Shown: piece after piece, positions 17,970 through 28,188 of the stretch | Position numbering within the stretch: position 1 is the first letter of the stretch | How the letters are laid out: each line of letters begins with the position of its first letter | DNA from: Deinococcales bacterium | GTDB taxonomy: Bacteria; Deinococcota; Deinococci; Deinococcales; JAAFIG01 | Direction of reading: 5' to 3' | Assembly (NCBI GenBank): GCA_043778225.1 | Contig: JAYWGM010000094.1 | Span: 32,001 to 96,000, forward strand | Length of the DNA stretch: 64,000 nucleotides | The notes under the pieces: model-generated | Seen by the model: only the letters and a program-made list of their open reading frames with translations | What the model was told of the DNA's origin: nothing | The model's database searches: none | Translations under genes and position numbers: made by a program

Positions 17970-18581
17970 CTAGGCTTGGCTGACTTTTTGCTCGAGTAAA
18001 TCCCCGATTTCGGCAGCCCCGAGTAAATCGTTACCCCGTTCAAAAGCGGCTTTACTTTGCAGCAGCATGGCTTTACGCATGGTTGGGTTAGCAGCCACTT
18101 CGCCCAGCCCACGGTAGGCACAGGCTTGGGCAATCTGGTCGCCAGCCAATTGGGCTTGCTCGAGTGCCACCCCAAGCCACTGTCGTGCTTGGGGCAACTG
18201 CCCGAGCTTAGCGTAAATAATGCCCTGCTCAAAAGCATTGGCACTGACCGCCAGTGGTGGATTCTCGAGCTTGGCAATAATTTTGGCTTCTTGGGCAAAA
18301 ACCTCGAGGGCTGTTTGGTACTGTTCTGCCATGCGCTCGACCATCCCAAGCTGATGCAGTGCCGCATACTCGCGCCCAAAATCTTGTTGGCTCTGCGCCT
18401 CGAGCCACAGCAAGTCACATTCGCTTCTTGCCTCCTCAAAGCGCCCTGTGCGTGCAAAGACATAAACCAAGCCCATCCGAGCCACCGCCGCTAAACTTGG
18501 CTCGAATCTGGCACGACGAAACTCGAGTTCGGCTTGTGCAAAATCCTCGGCTTCAAACGCCGCCCAAGCTCGAGCCAACAT
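17970..18581 (-). CDS. TPR-repeat protein
   Basis: Helical TPR pattern (ALHQLGMV..., AYRGLGEV). Confidence 0.85.
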   Translation of the reverse strand: MLARAWAAFEAEDFAQAELEFRRARFEPSLAAVARMGLVYVFARTGRFEEARSECDLLWLEAQSQQDFGREYAALHQLGMVERMAEQYQTALEVFAQEAKIIAKLENPPLAVSANAFEQGIIYAKLGQLPQARQWLGVALEQAQLAGDQIAQACAYRGLGEVAANPTMRKAMLLQSKAAFERGNDLLGAAEIGDLLEQKVSQA

Positions 18582-19253
18582 TTAGATACCAGGAATCGGT
18601 AATCCCAAAGCTGCAATCGCACTGAGCATACCGCTAATGATTGGACTGCGAACTGCTCCAAGTAAACCCGTAAAAGACAGCACCAAAAAAATTCCCATAA
18701 AACCAAATGGGGTGCGGCTCATCCATTGCTCGAGATTGCTTAGAAAACTTTTGACTTTACTGTTGCCAACCGCAAATAAGGCTCGAGCGCCATCGAGCGG
18801 CGGAATCGGAAAAATAAAAATAGCCGCCAAAGAAATACTGTTAAACGCCCCAAGCATAATGCCCAAAACCAAAGACCGCAGGCTGTCGTCGCTGCCCGAA
18901 AGCTGGGTAATAAAACTGGCGACCAGCATCAGCACAAATGCCCAAAGCAGCATCGAGATTGGTCCAGCCAACCAGACAGCGGCTTCTTTAGCATACTGAC
19001 GGTTGTGTAGGCGCACGGGTACAGAAGTTGGAACTGCAAAACCAAAAATAGCCAACCAAATCCACGAGAAGCTATCCAAGTGCAGTGTCGGGTTGCTGGT
19101 GCTGGCAAAGCCGCGCTGCTTGGCGCTTGGGTCGCCAAAGGCATTGGCAAGTAAGGCTTGAAAGACATTGTGCAAGACAATGCCAAACGCCAAGACAAAG
19201 AGCGCAATTAGGTACGCCAGAGGGTCTTGTCCGAGGTATTGAATAAAAAACAT
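18582..19253 (-). CDS. Site-2 protease (M50)-like membrane protein with degenerate HExxH
   Basis: A..FGD, LAGP, PIPPLDG; HNVFQ in place of HExxH. Confidence 0.8.
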   Translation of the reverse strand: MFFIQYLGQDPLAYLIALFVLAFGIVLHNVFQALLANAFGDPSAKQRGFASTSNPTLHLDSFSWIWLAIFGFAVPTSVPVRLHNRQYAKEAAVWLAGPISMLLWAFVLMLVASFITQLSGSDDSLRSLVLGIMLGAFNSISLAAIFIFPIPPLDGARALFAVGNSKVKSFLSNLEQWMSRTPFGFMGIFLVLSFTGLLGAVRSPIISGMLSAIAALGLPIPGI

Positions 19254-19391
19254 AAGTACAAATAGGCTAACACGTCAAGCCTCGAGACTCGAGGGGTGAA
19301 AGTTCCATTTCAAAGTTTCAAAAGCTCCATTTGAACTGGGGTCATTTTGCCCGATTCGCATTTTGTGCCTAAAAATGTGTACGATACAAAA

Positions 19392-20093
19392 GTGAACGCG
19401 CTCGAACTCCTCGGCACGATTCAAGCGATGGACTTGGATTTAGACAAGCTACGACTTGATGAAGACAGCATTCCTGGTGAGTTAAAAGCCGCTCGGGAAG
19501 ATAAAACCAGGCATCATGCCAAACTCGAGAAACTGCGCCAAGAGCATCTGGCAGTGCGGCGTAAGTTATCTGAAGCCGAGTTAGAACTGGCGGCGCTTGG
19601 CGAACAACTTAAACGTGCCGAACACGACCAACAGCACTCCTCGAGCGCCAAAGAGCAAGGGCAGTACGCCAGCCGTGTGGTTTCTTTGCGTGGCGAAATC
19701 AATGACCTGACCGACGACAGCTTGCCACTGACCGAAAAACTCGACGACTTAAATGCCCAAATCGAAGACATTGGTTTACTGCTCGATGAAGTCGAGCCAA
19801 AACTCGAGCATTTAGAAAGTCTGGATGACGACCGCATCAAAGAACTACAAAAACAGTTTGCGGTTCAACAAGCCAAACGCGATGCCCTAGCGGTCGGCGT
19901 GGACGAGAAAGTCTTAAAAGAATACGATCATGTCCGCAAAGCCAAAAAAGGCATTGGTTTTGTCAAGGTTATCGCTGGTAAATGCGGCGGTTGCAAAGTC
20001 CAATTAACCCCTAATTTGGTACAGCGCATTCGGGCTGGGCAATTTCCGGTTAAATGTCAATCGTGCGGTCGGATTCTTTCACCTTCGGTCTAA
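19392..20093 (+). CDS. Coiled-coil protein with C4 zinc ribbon (DUF164-like)
   Basis: Long coiled coil plus CGGC...CQSCGRIL; TACGAT-N6-GTG start. Confidence 0.88.
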   Translation: MNALELLGTIQAMDLDLDKLRLDEDSIPGELKAAREDKTRHHAKLEKLRQEHLAVRRKLSEAELELAALGEQLKRAEHDQQHSSSAKEQGQYASRVVSLRGEINDLTDDSLPLTEKLDDLNAQIEDIGLLLDEVEPKLEHLESLDDDRIKELQKQFAVQQAKRDALAVGVDEKVLKEYDHVRKAKKGIGFVKVIAGKCGGCKVQLTPNLVQRIRAGQFPVKCQSCGRILSPSV

Positions 20094-20096
20094 GTT

Positions 20097-20555
20097 GTGG
20101 AGCTTGCGTTGTTTGCCATTCGTCGAGCCTTAAAGCGCGATCTTGATTCATTGCTCGAGGTTTGTCTGGCGTGGCAAGGCGCACCGGCTGTGGCAAATCC
20201 GCAACGTTTACGCGAATTGCTCGAGCAAGCCCTTTCGGACGACGACAGCACCATTTATTTGGCGTTTACCGATTCGGTTGTGGCTGGCTTTGCCCACATC
20301 ACCTTTCAGGCACGCCCAGTCCGACTTGGCTGGCGCTGCACAATCGAAGAGCTTCATGCGCTGCCAGAGTACACTGGAAGCCTCGAGCCACGGCTTTTAG
20401 AAGCGATTGTCCACGAATGCCAACAGCGCGGCGATGTGATTGCGCTGTATTTACTGACCCAGCCCGACCTCGAGCCACACCAACTCGAGTTTTATGGCTC
20501 GCTGGGTTTTAAGGAACGTGGGCGTGAAGTCTTGATTTATGGTGGACTGACATGA
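20097..20555 (+). CDS. GNAT-family acetyltransferase
   Basis: IRRA...D, VAGFA, IEEL, FYGSLGF. Confidence 0.8.
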   Translation: MELALFAIRRALKRDLDSLLEVCLAWQGAPAVANPQRLRELLEQALSDDDSTIYLAFTDSVVAGFAHITFQARPVRLGWRCTIEELHALPEYTGSLEPRLLEAIVHECQQRGDVIALYLLTQPDLEPHQLEFYGSLGFKERGREVLIYGGLT

Positions 20556-20968
20556 ATTACGCGGCGCTCTTGGCGGTGCTGGTTGCCTTGAGCTTGGCAT
20601 TTCCTGTTTTGGTGCGGGTTGCCAATGCCAATGGTCTGCCGCAGTCCTACAGCCTTGTGGCGGCAGCGCTTGGAGCGATTTTTGTGCTGGCTTGGTTTTT
20701 GATTCGCCAACGGGTCAATCGTTACCGCAGCCTCAGCGCTCGAATTGAAAGTATCAAACAAAAACTGCTCGAGAACCCCGAAGTGGTTGGGTCATATTTT
20801 GACCAAAACGAACACTTAGGCGATTTACTGGTCTCTACCAATCGCCGTCGTGAGGCGTTGGGTGTTTTTGAGCAGTATTTGGAACTCGAGAAAAAATCGG
20901 GCAAAGACTTACCAAAACTCGAGGACAAAATAGCCAAGCTCAAAGCCCATTTGGATGAATTAAGCTGA
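20552..20968 (+). CDS. Hypothetical 2-TM protein with TPR-like tail
   Basis: Two hydrophobic helices; coupled to upstream gene. Confidence 0.7.
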   Translation: MNYAALLAVLVALSLAFPVLVRVANANGLPQSYSLVAAALGAIFVLAWFLIRQRVNRYRSLSARIESIKQKLLENPEVVGSYFDQNEHLGDLLVSTNRRREALGVFEQYLELEKKSGKDLPKLEDKIAKLKAHLDELS

Positions 20969-21030
20969 ATGCTGGAGCAGACCTTCTCGAGAAATTCACA
21001 AATCAAGCTATTCTGGTATAAAATACCACC

Positions 21031-21726
21031 ATGCGCTGGATTTTATTGCTTCTGTTCTCGAGTTTTGCCTTGGCAGCCGATTTATCCGATGCCAAAGAAT
21101 TGTACAAAGATGGCGAGTTTTTACGTGCCGCTAAAATGGCGGCTCGACTCGAGACTTCCGAAGGGTTTTCGTTTGCGGCTCGGGCTTTAGCCGAACACGC
21201 CAACACCCGTCCTCGAGATGAGCGCGATGCTTTGTACAGCACCTGTGAGGGCTACGCCCGTCAAGCGGTAGCCCTCAATCCAAAAAACCCCGACGGTTAC
21301 TTTGAAATTGCTGTGGCAGTTGGGCAGTTAGCCAATCTGCGCGATGCCAGCTATGCCATCTCGAGCGGTGTGCCAAGTCAGGTGCGCGATAACCTCAACC
21401 AAGCCCTCGAACTGAGTCCGCGCCACTGGTTTGCGATGGTCGTCTTGGCGCGTTGGCACGCCGAAATGGCGGCTCGAGGCATCGGTTGGCTTTACGGTGC
21501 AAGTGGCGAAAGAGCCATTGAATTGCTCGAGTTAGCCATTAAAACCGCACCAAAAAGAATTCTGGTGCGGGTCGAAACGGCTTTGGCACTGTTGGTTTTG
21601 GACAAGCAAAAATACCGTGACCGAGCCAAGCGTGAACTCGAAGTGGCAGCTAAGCTCGAAGTCGTAGATGCTGCCGAGCGCCGACAATCAGAACGAGCCA
21701 AACGCGAACTCGAGAACTGGCGCTAG
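21031..21726 (+). CDS. Secreted TPR-like protein
   Basis: Signal peptide; A.ALNP, ALELSP TPR turns. Confidence 0.8.
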   Translation: MRWILLLLFSSFALAADLSDAKELYKDGEFLRAAKMAARLETSEGFSFAARALAEHANTRPRDERDALYSTCEGYARQAVALNPKNPDGYFEIAVAVGQLANLRDASYAISSGVPSQVRDNLNQALELSPRHWFAMVVLARWHAEMAARGIGWLYGASGERAIELLELAIKTAPKRILVRVETALALLVLDKQKYRDRAKRELEVAAKLEVVDAAERRQSERAKRELENWR

Positions 21727-21761
21727 ATTCCAAATCTCGAGAACTGGCGCTAGATTCCAAA
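21709..21761. repeat. 26-bp tandem duplication at a convergent gene junction
   Basis: CTCGAGAACTGGCGCTAGATTCCAAA at 21709 and 21736. Confidence 0.95.
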
Positions 21762-22931
21762 CAGCCCACTGGCGGCTTTTTCGACCGGTTGCCCACTCGA
21801 GCCACTAAAAACATTAACCTCTTCGATAAAACGCTGAAACAAATAGAAACTGTCGTGCGGTCCTGGACTGGCTTCTGGATGGTACTGAACACTAAAAACA
21901 GGATAACGCAAATGTGCCATGCCCTCGAGACTATTGTCGTTGAGGTTAATGTGGGTGGTCATAAAATGGTCTTTGACGGTTTGGGCATCTACGGCATAAC
22001 CATGATTCTGGCTGGTGATTTCGACTTTACCGTTGATTAAATTTTTGACTGGCTGATTGCCGCCCCGATGCCCATATTTCATCTTAAAAGTCTTGCCGCC
22101 GACCGCCAAGCCCAAAATCTGATGCCCAAGGCAAATCCCAAAAGTTGGCAGTAAACCAAGCAGTTTCCAAGCGGTGTCGTGAGTATAAGCTGGAGCGCTT
22201 GGGTCGCCGGGACCGTTTGACAAAAATAAGCCCTGTGGATGCAATGCCATAATCGCAGCCGGCGTGGTGCTGGCTGGTACAACAATCACTTCTGCGCCAA
22301 TGCCCGCTAGTTTTTTAATAATCATGTGCTTAATGCCAAAGTCCATAAAGACAATGCGCTTGCCCTTCTCGAGCGTCGGATAAACATACGGTATTTGGGT
22401 CGTGACTTCGGGCATCATGTCGCGTCCATCAATGTCGTCGTGAAATTTGGCTCGAGCCACCAAACGGCGCTCTTCTTCGGGGCTGAACTCGCCAAATGGG
22501 TCTTCTGGGTGGGTGTAGGAACGGTGCGAGACCACACCTTTGACCACGCCACCTTCGCGCAGTCGGCGCACCAAGGCTCGAGTATCTATGCCCTCGATGC
22601 TGACCACGCCGTGTTGCTTGGTGAAACTCTCTAAGGCATCGGTTGCCCGAAAATTAGAGTGGTGCTTGGTGAATTCTCGAGCAATAAAACCACGCACATA
22701 GGGTTTATTGCTTTCCATATCGTAGACCGTAATGCCGTAATTGCCGATGTGCGGGTAAGTCATGCAGACAATCTGCCCGTTATAACTTGGGTCGGTCATG
22801 ATTTCTTGATAACCAGTCATGCTGGTGTTAAAAACCACTTCGCCAATCGTTTCGCCGCGTTTACCGGCAGCATAGCCACGGTAGACCGTTCCATCCTCGA
22901 GTGCCAGTACCGCCCGTTCACGTTTAAGCAT
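21750..22931 (-). CDS. carA: Carbamoyl-phosphate synthase small subunit
   Basis: [40 protein letters not shown]. Confidence 0.98.
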   Translation of the reverse strand: MLKRERAVLALEDGTVYRGYAAGKRGETIGEVVFNTSMTGYQEIMTDPSYNGQIVCMTYPHIGNYGITVYDMESNKPYVRGFIAREFTKHHSNFRATDALESFTKQHGVVSIEGIDTRALVRRLREGGVVKGVVSHRSYTHPEDPFGEFSPEEERRLVARAKFHDDIDGRDMMPEVTTQIPYVYPTLEKGKRIVFMDFGIKHMIIKKLAGIGAEVIVVPASTTPAAIMALHPQGLFLSNGPGDPSAPAYTHDTAWKLLGLLPTFGICLGHQILGLAVGGKTFKMKYGHRGGNQPVKNLINGKVEITSQNHGYAVDAQTVKDHFMTTHINLNDNSLEGMAHLRYPVFSVQYHPEASPGPHDSFYLFQRFIEEVNVFSGSSGQPVEKAASGLFGI

Positions 22932-23166
22932 GGGTCAACTCACTTTCAGAAAAAGTAATCATATCGGTTAAAACTTGGCGCTTAGGAACATCATCACGAT
23001 GCGTTAAATCCCAAAGCCGTTCAGCCATGGAAGCGTGCAAATATAATTCATCGGTTTTTGGATCATGTAAATAAGGTACTTGTTCAACCAAAATTAAACG
23101 CCCATCTATAACTTGAGAGTAATCACGGAATTCAATTTCAAAACCTTCGATGTCTTTGTGCATCAT
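22924..23166 (-). CDS. YgiT-type zinc-finger-like small protein lacking cysteines
   Basis: [16 protein letters not shown] resembles YgiT V.NVP..C..CGE..F. Confidence 0.55.
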   Translation of the reverse strand: MMHKDIEGFEIEFRDYSQVIDGRLILVEQVPYLHDPKTDELYLHASMAERLWDLTHRDDVPKRQVLTDMITFSESELTHA

Positions 23167-23244
23167 GCTTCACCTCTGATTCCGATTCTAAACCCTGTCT
23201 GCTAAGAGTCAAGGTCGGGTTCGTTAAAACCTCACTCCTCGAGT

Positions 23245-23282
23245 GCCGTGTATTTATACAAAATTCTGCATAAAAATGCAAA
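23245..23282 (-). promoter_or_regulatory. ARG box (ArgR operator) with weaker second box
   Basis: TGCAT-TTTT-ATGCA (23267-23280) matches the ARG consensus; upstream of carA. Confidence 0.6.
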
Positions 23283-23285
23283 TTT

Positions 23286-24287
23286 TTAATCCACGAAAAC
23301 CGCCTCGAGCAAGTCCGCTGCAAAACGCACGGTATTTCCGCGCACCTCAAGCCAATCCGATAAAGGCTTGTTAACACCACCAATGTTCACCATGTCATTC
23401 TTAGAAACCCCATTGGTCTTTGTCCATAGAAGCCACGCTTTAATGTTGCCCTTATATTCTTTTTTCTTAATTGTATCCAAATAATCACTTGCTCGACGAA
23501 AAAACTTAGGCAAAATAAGCTGCCCAGCCGCATCTATGTCAGCTTGTGACTTCAAAACAAAATCAGATGATTTATCTATTGCCCAAACGCCGCGCTTACT
23601 GGCTCGAGCCTTGGCACTGACTTGGCGTAAATAATCGCGCTGTAGGGCTGGGGTACTCGAGTAAACGGTGTAGTATGCCAAACCGTTTTTAAGCATCACC
23701 ACATTGAGGCTTTTCTCGAGGATAGCATCGGTGATTTCGATTCTCGAGCCATCCTCAAAGACATTGGCAAACTGCCCGACGATGGCATAAGCAATCGGAC
23801 GACCATTGCCTTCAGCAGCTTGCGACAAAATTACGCCACGAATTTCTTTGGGCGTACTTTGGCGCACGATTCGGTTCTCGAGCTTGATATTTGTAAACCC
23901 CATTTCTTGCAGCAAGACATCTCGAGACTTTGCACCAAGCGGTTGCTCGAGCGACCCATAATGCAGTTCTGGCGCGTCTATCCCTTCAAAACGCAGTTGC
24001 ACACTGCCATCTGCCGAGACTTTGATTCGGCTTGGATTTTTGAGGGTAAACAGTAATTTCTGGTTATCTGGCTTAAAACGCACGCTATCACCATCGGGAG
24101 ATTTACCAATAATCACAAATGCACCTTTTAAGACTAAAAAACCTTTGGCTTTTTTGTTGATGGTTGGTGTGGAGCTTGGAATTGGACTCGAGTCTTTTGA
24201 TTGAATCTGTGGCTGAAATAAAAATAAAGCAACTGCTCCAACCAAGACAATCAAAAGCGGCACAAGCCACGGGAGGCGTAAAAACAT
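23286..24287 (-). CDS. Thermonuclease (SNase-like), membrane anchored
   Basis: DGDS, R.EGIDAPE, GR..AY, N..M...GLA, A....RGVW. Confidence 0.85.
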   Translation of the reverse strand: MFLRLPWLVPLLIVLVGAVALFLFQPQIQSKDSSPIPSSTPTINKKAKGFLVLKGAFVIIGKSPDGDSVRFKPDNQKLLFTLKNPSRIKVSADGSVQLRFEGIDAPELHYGSLEQPLGAKSRDVLLQEMGFTNIKLENRIVRQSTPKEIRGVILSQAAEGNGRPIAYAIVGQFANVFEDGSRIEITDAILEKSLNVVMLKNGLAYYTVYSSTPALQRDYLRQVSAKARASKRGVWAIDKSSDFVLKSQADIDAAGQLILPKFFRRASDYLDTIKKKEYKGNIKAWLLWTKTNGVSKNDMVNIGGVNKPLSDWLEVRGNTVRFAADLLEAVFVD

Positions 24288-24315
24288 AGGCGCTACAATA
24301 CCGTATAATCAGTCC

Positions 24316-24879
24316 ATGCTTGCCGAACGCTCAAACCCAATCATTGAACCGACACGGTTCAAATTTAGTTTTGAAATGTTTGAATCCTTGAGTGAAAATG
24401 GGCATTTTGTAGATAAAATAGTCGAATTGTTGAACGGAGAAATACTTGTGAAAGGACTTCAATCCGACGACCATGCTTACGCCATTCAAAACCTGACCGA
24501 TATTTTTTATGCTGTTCTGAGTGAGCAAGCCACAATTCGGGTTCAGTTACCTCTGGTTCTCGAGTCTCCTCCTCCAGATTTTGTTGTACCAGATATAGCA
24601 CTCTTAAAACTTCCAAAATTACAATATAAAACCCGTACTGCAAGCTCGAGCGATGCGCTTTTGGTGGTCGAAATCAGCAATTCAACACTGGACTACGACC
24701 AGACTACAAAACTCGAAGCCTATGCCAGAAATATGATTCCCGAATACTGGATTTATCACCTAAATACCAATCAACTCGAGGTCTGCTCAGAACCGAACGC
24801 TCAGACTTATGCCTTGCGTCGGATGCTTAAACACGGACAAGTTGCTGAAATACTTGGCTCGAGCCTAAAGTGGTGGTGA
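24316..24879 (+). CDS. Uma2-family endonuclease
   Basis: ELLNGEI, PDI, LVVEIS.STL.YD..KL..YA...IPEYW. Confidence 0.92.
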   Translation: MLAERSNPIIEPTRFKFSFEMFESLSENGHFVDKIVELLNGEILVKGLQSDDHAYAIQNLTDIFYAVLSEQATIRVQLPLVLESPPPDFVVPDIALLKLPKLQYKTRTASSSDALLVVEISNSTLDYDQTTKLEAYARNMIPEYWIYHLNTNQLEVCSEPNAQTYALRRMLKHGQVAEILGSSLKWW

Positions 24880-25318
24880 CCGCCTTAAAGTAGGTGCGGT
24901 ACTCGAGGTCTTCACGCATAAATCCCATGCGTTCATAGAGTTTTTGCCCAGACAAGTTGGTGTGGGCTGTCTCGAGAACCACGCCTTTTGCACCGCTTTC
25001 TTTGGCGTGTGCTAAGGCTCGTTCAATCAGGCGTTCGCCGACGCGCTGCCCTCGAGAGGCTGGGATGACGTACAAATCGTTGAGAATCCAAAGACGCTGC
25101 ATTCCAACACTGGTAAAACTTGGAAAAAGCTGTGTAAACCCAAGTGGCACATCGTTCTCGAGCGCCAAAAAAAGCACAGTTTCGCGCAGCAGCAAACGCT
25201 GGCGAAGAAATTCTCGAGCCGAGGTTATATCGGAGGCTTGACCATAAAAAACGCGGTAGGCATCGAATAGCGGCGCGATTTGCTCGAGATGATCTAAGGT
25301 GACACTGATGATGTTCAT
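24827..25318 (-). CDS. GNAT-family acetyltransferase
   Basis: GFTQLFP.F, LNDLYV, RG..VG, N...Q.LYE.MGF. Confidence 0.92.
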   Translation of the reverse strand: MNIISVTLDHLEQIAPLFDAYRVFYGQASDITSAREFLRQRLLLRETVLFLALENDVPLGFTQLFPSFTSVGMQRLWILNDLYVIPASRGQRVGERLIERALAHAKESGAKGVVLETAHTNLSGQKLYERMGFMREDLEYRTYFKAVTTTLGSSQVFQQLVRV

Positions 25319-26130
25319 GGGCGTTCCTCCAAAGCATGAATTAAGGTGAGGACAGTCTCGAGGTCAGCGTTTTGAGTTTGCGGCGCATACTCAGTCACAG
25401 CAAAACTGATAACTTCAAACTGCTTTTTAAGGCTGTGAATAACTGCCAAAAGACTGGTCAGGTCTAATCCATCTGGCTTTGAGAAACTTGCACTGGCAAA
25501 ACTTTTTTGCACATCCAAATCCAGATGGACGTGGATTTTAGAGTATCCAGCTTTGGCAATTGCTTGGGCTAAACTGCTTGGGTCAGCTTGTAATTCGGTC
25601 ACACTCGAGATATGGATTTTATGTGTCCGAACATACTCGAGTTCGGGTGTGTCAAAATCTCGAGCGCCAGCTAAAAAAACTTGTCTAGGCACAATCGGAT
25701 GGGGGTTGAATGCCGCAAAATCTGGGTCTGAATCGCCAAGATTAGCCCGCAGTACCATGCCATGAAAATGACCGCTTGGACTCGAGATAGGTGTATTCAA
25801 ATCAGCATGGGTATCCAGCCAAACCACAGCTAAATCCTGACCATAAAGCTGGCTTGAGTGTGCCAAGAGTACATAATCGCTCGAGCAATCGCCACCAAGC
25901 AAGGCAATTCGAGTTTTTCCATGCAAAGCAGTTTTGAGTAGCTTCATTGCCTCAAGTAATTCTGGTTTAGCTTTGATAAAATCAGTTTTCTCGAGATTCG
26001 CGTGCTGGGAAACAGGAATCTCGAAACCAGCATGATTAAAAGCAGCCAGTAAAGCATCACAGCCATTTGGCACAAAAGTTTTTACGCCAGCCCCCATCCA
26101 CAACGGAAAGAAAATTCGTTCGTAATTCAT
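25315..26130 (-). CDS. Arginase/ureohydrolase-family protein
   Basis: GGDCS, DTHADLN, HGM, HLDLDV, E Y.P. Confidence 0.88.
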   Translation of the reverse strand: MNYERIFFPLWMGAGVKTFVPNGCDALLAAFNHAGFEIPVSQHANLEKTDFIKAKPELLEAMKLLKTALHGKTRIALLGGDCSSDYVLLAHSSQLYGQDLAVVWLDTHADLNTPISSPSGHFHGMVLRANLGDSDPDFAAFNPHPIVPRQVFLAGARDFDTPELEYVRTHKIHISSVTELQADPSSLAQAIAKAGYSKIHVHLDLDVQKSFASASFSKPDGLDLTSLLAVIHSLKKQFEVISFAVTEYAPQTQNADLETVLTLIHALEERP

Positions 26131-26150
26131 GTTTTATCCTTTTTACCTTT

Positions 26151-27056
26151 TTACCTTTTTACCTTGCTATTCTGCGCCCAAGCTATAAAGCCCATACCAA
26201 TAAAAATAATGGGCAAGGCAATTAGGGTTCGAGTTTCGATTTTCTCGTTAATCAGCCATGCGCCTAAGCCGATTGCCACCAGTGGATTGATGTAAGCATA
26301 ACTGGTTGCCACCGCAGGACGGGTTTTCTCGAGCAAAAAGGTGTAGGCACTGTAGCCAATCATACTGCCAGCCACCACAAGGTAAAGCCAAACCCACCAA
26401 GCATTGGCATTGGGCATTTGCCAAGTTTCGCCCAGTACAAAACTAAGCGGTAAAGCTGCCAAGCCACCCGCCAACATTTGAATACTCGTAGACATCAAAC
26501 CACTTGGCATCTCGAGTTTACGGCTGAGGATACTGCCAAACGACCAAAGCATTGGTGCGGCAAATTGAATCAAAATTGCAGGGTTACTCTGAATGTTGCC
26601 ATCGAGCGTTAGAATTGCCACACCGCAGACCCCAATGCCCATACCAAGCCACTCAAGTTTGTGCGGGCGATTCCCCCAGAGCGTACTCCACAAGCCAGCC
26701 CAAAGCGATGTGGTGGCAATAATCGTGGCGCTCAGTCCACTTGGTGCGCCCCATTTTAGGGCGAGTGTGGTTAAGCCGTTGCCACCAATCACCAAAAATA
26801 AGCCTATGAGCGCCGCGTTTCTGGTCTGGATAGCATTTGGTAATTTGCCACCTCGAGCCAGTAAAATACCAAGCATTAAAAGCCCCGAAAAAATAAAGCG
26901 AATGGCATTGAGTTGAAAACTGGCAAAGCCGCCCGGTTGCACAGCTTGGCGAATCCCAAGGTAGGTGCTGCCCCAAATAAAGTAGAGTGATACCAAGGCT
27001 AAAATAATCAAAAGCGTGTCTCGAGATTTTACGGGTGCAACCAGAGCAGAATTCAT
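26151..27056 (-). CDS. yedA: DMT/EamA exporter (YedA-like)
   Basis: Y.IWGSTYL, SYAYINP..A; about 10 TM helices. Confidence 0.88.
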   Translation of the reverse strand: MNSALVAPVKSRDTLLIILALVSLYFIWGSTYLGIRQAVQPGGFASFQLNAIRFIFSGLLMLGILLARGGKLPNAIQTRNAALIGLFLVIGGNGLTTLALKWGAPSGLSATIIATTSLWAGLWSTLWGNRPHKLEWLGMGIGVCGVAILTLDGNIQSNPAILIQFAAPMLWSFGSILSRKLEMPSGLMSTSIQMLAGGLAALPLSFVLGETWQMPNANAWWVWLYLVVAGSMIGYSAYTFLLEKTRPAVATSYAYINPLVAIGLGAWLINEKIETRTLIALPIIFIGMGFIAWAQNSKVKR

Positions 27057-27124
27057 GGCTAACAATATGTGACAAATAGGCTTTTCGTCAATACACCATT
27101 GGGCTTATGTGTTAGAATCCGAAT

Positions 27125-27583
27125 ATGATTCAGCTAGATGAAACCGACCGAGCCATTCTGCGAGAGTTACAACAAGACTGCCGACAGACCTATGCCGACA
27201 TTGCCACCAAGGTTGGTTTGAGTGCCGCAACCGTTCATGCTCGCGTCAAGAACCTCGAGAAGCGCGGTGTAATTAGTGGTTACGGCGCTCGAATCAACGC
27301 CCCAAGTGTTGGTTTAAGTACCTTGGCTTTTATCCAGTTGCGGCTCGAGAATAACTCCAACAGTTTAGCAGTTGCCTCGAATCTTATTCAGTTACCCGAA
27401 ATCGAAGAATGCTACAGCGTGGCAGGAGATGTAGACGCGATCCTCAAAGTTCGCACTTCTAACCCACACGAACTCGAGATGCTGCTCTACCGAATTAAAA
27501 ATGTTCCTGGCGTAACCCGCACCAACACCCTTGTGACTTTATCCACTTTATTCGAGCATCAGCCAATTGAACCAGTCGCCTAG
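27125..27583 (+). CDS. Lrp/AsnC regulator
   Basis: LD..D..IL..LQ HTH, ECY.VAG..D; divergent from yedA. Confidence 0.95.
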   Translation: MIQLDETDRAILRELQQDCRQTYADIATKVGLSAATVHARVKNLEKRGVISGYGARINAPSVGLSTLAFIQLRLENNSNSLAVASNLIQLPEIEECYSVAGDVDAILKVRTSNPHELEMLLYRIKNVPGVTRTNTLVTLSTLFEHQPIEPVA

Positions 27584-28146
27584 TCTTCTTGGGGCGGTAG
27601 ATTCTTGTATAAATCCGAGAGTGTAAAACTGTACTCGAGACTCGGAAAATGCAGCATATCATCAGCCGTAAAGCGTTCGTACAACCACTTACTTTCACTT
27701 CTCGAGAAAACTTCAGCAACTGCTTCTGATTGTGAAAGCAGCACATACTGCTCTAAACTCGGAATGGTTTGGTACTGCTCCCACTTTTCGCCACGGTCAA
27801 TCGCTTCGGTGGTGCTTGATAAAACTTCGACAATAATGCTTGGGCGGTGAATCGTGCGGCTCGAGTCAAGGCTCGAGTTACAAGTCACAACCACATCGGG
27901 ATAGTAGCCTTTGCCATTTGGTACTTTTGTAATCACATCGTTACTGTAAGCATAACAGCCTTTTTCGATGGCGACCTCAAAAAATCGCATCAAACAACGG
28001 TTGGTCACAAAATTATGGCATTTTGTTCCTCCGGGCATGACAAATAGATTACCATCCACAAACTCATGGCGCACATCCGAAGTCGTCTCGAAATGCACAT
28101 AATCCTCGAAGGTCAATTGGGTTTTGACAGGTAAGGCTCGGAGCAT
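27580..28146 (-). CDS. Uma2-family endonuclease
   Basis: HEFVDG, YPDVVV.C, IVEVLS..T...DRGEK...Y. Confidence 0.93.
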   Translation of the reverse strand: MLRALPVKTQLTFEDYVHFETTSDVRHEFVDGNLFVMPGGTKCHNFVTNRCLMRFFEVAIEKGCYAYSNDVITKVPNGKGYYPDVVVTCNSSLDSSRTIHRPSIIVEVLSSTTEAIDRGEKWEQYQTIPSLEQYVLLSQSEAVAEVFSRSESKWLYERFTADDMLHFPSLEYSFTLSDLYKNLPPQED

Positions 28147-28188
28147 AACAGCAGTATACTCGAGCCTTATCTGAATTAGAATAAGCTC

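Noticed and set aside
25315..26130. GGDCS instead of GGDHS as arginase inactivation
   Set aside because: Cys at this position occurs in many family members and the other ligands are present
26131..26165. TTTTACC-type short repeats (also near 4476-4503 and 43684-43710) as a signal
   Set aside because: Low-complexity short repeats; no function can be supported
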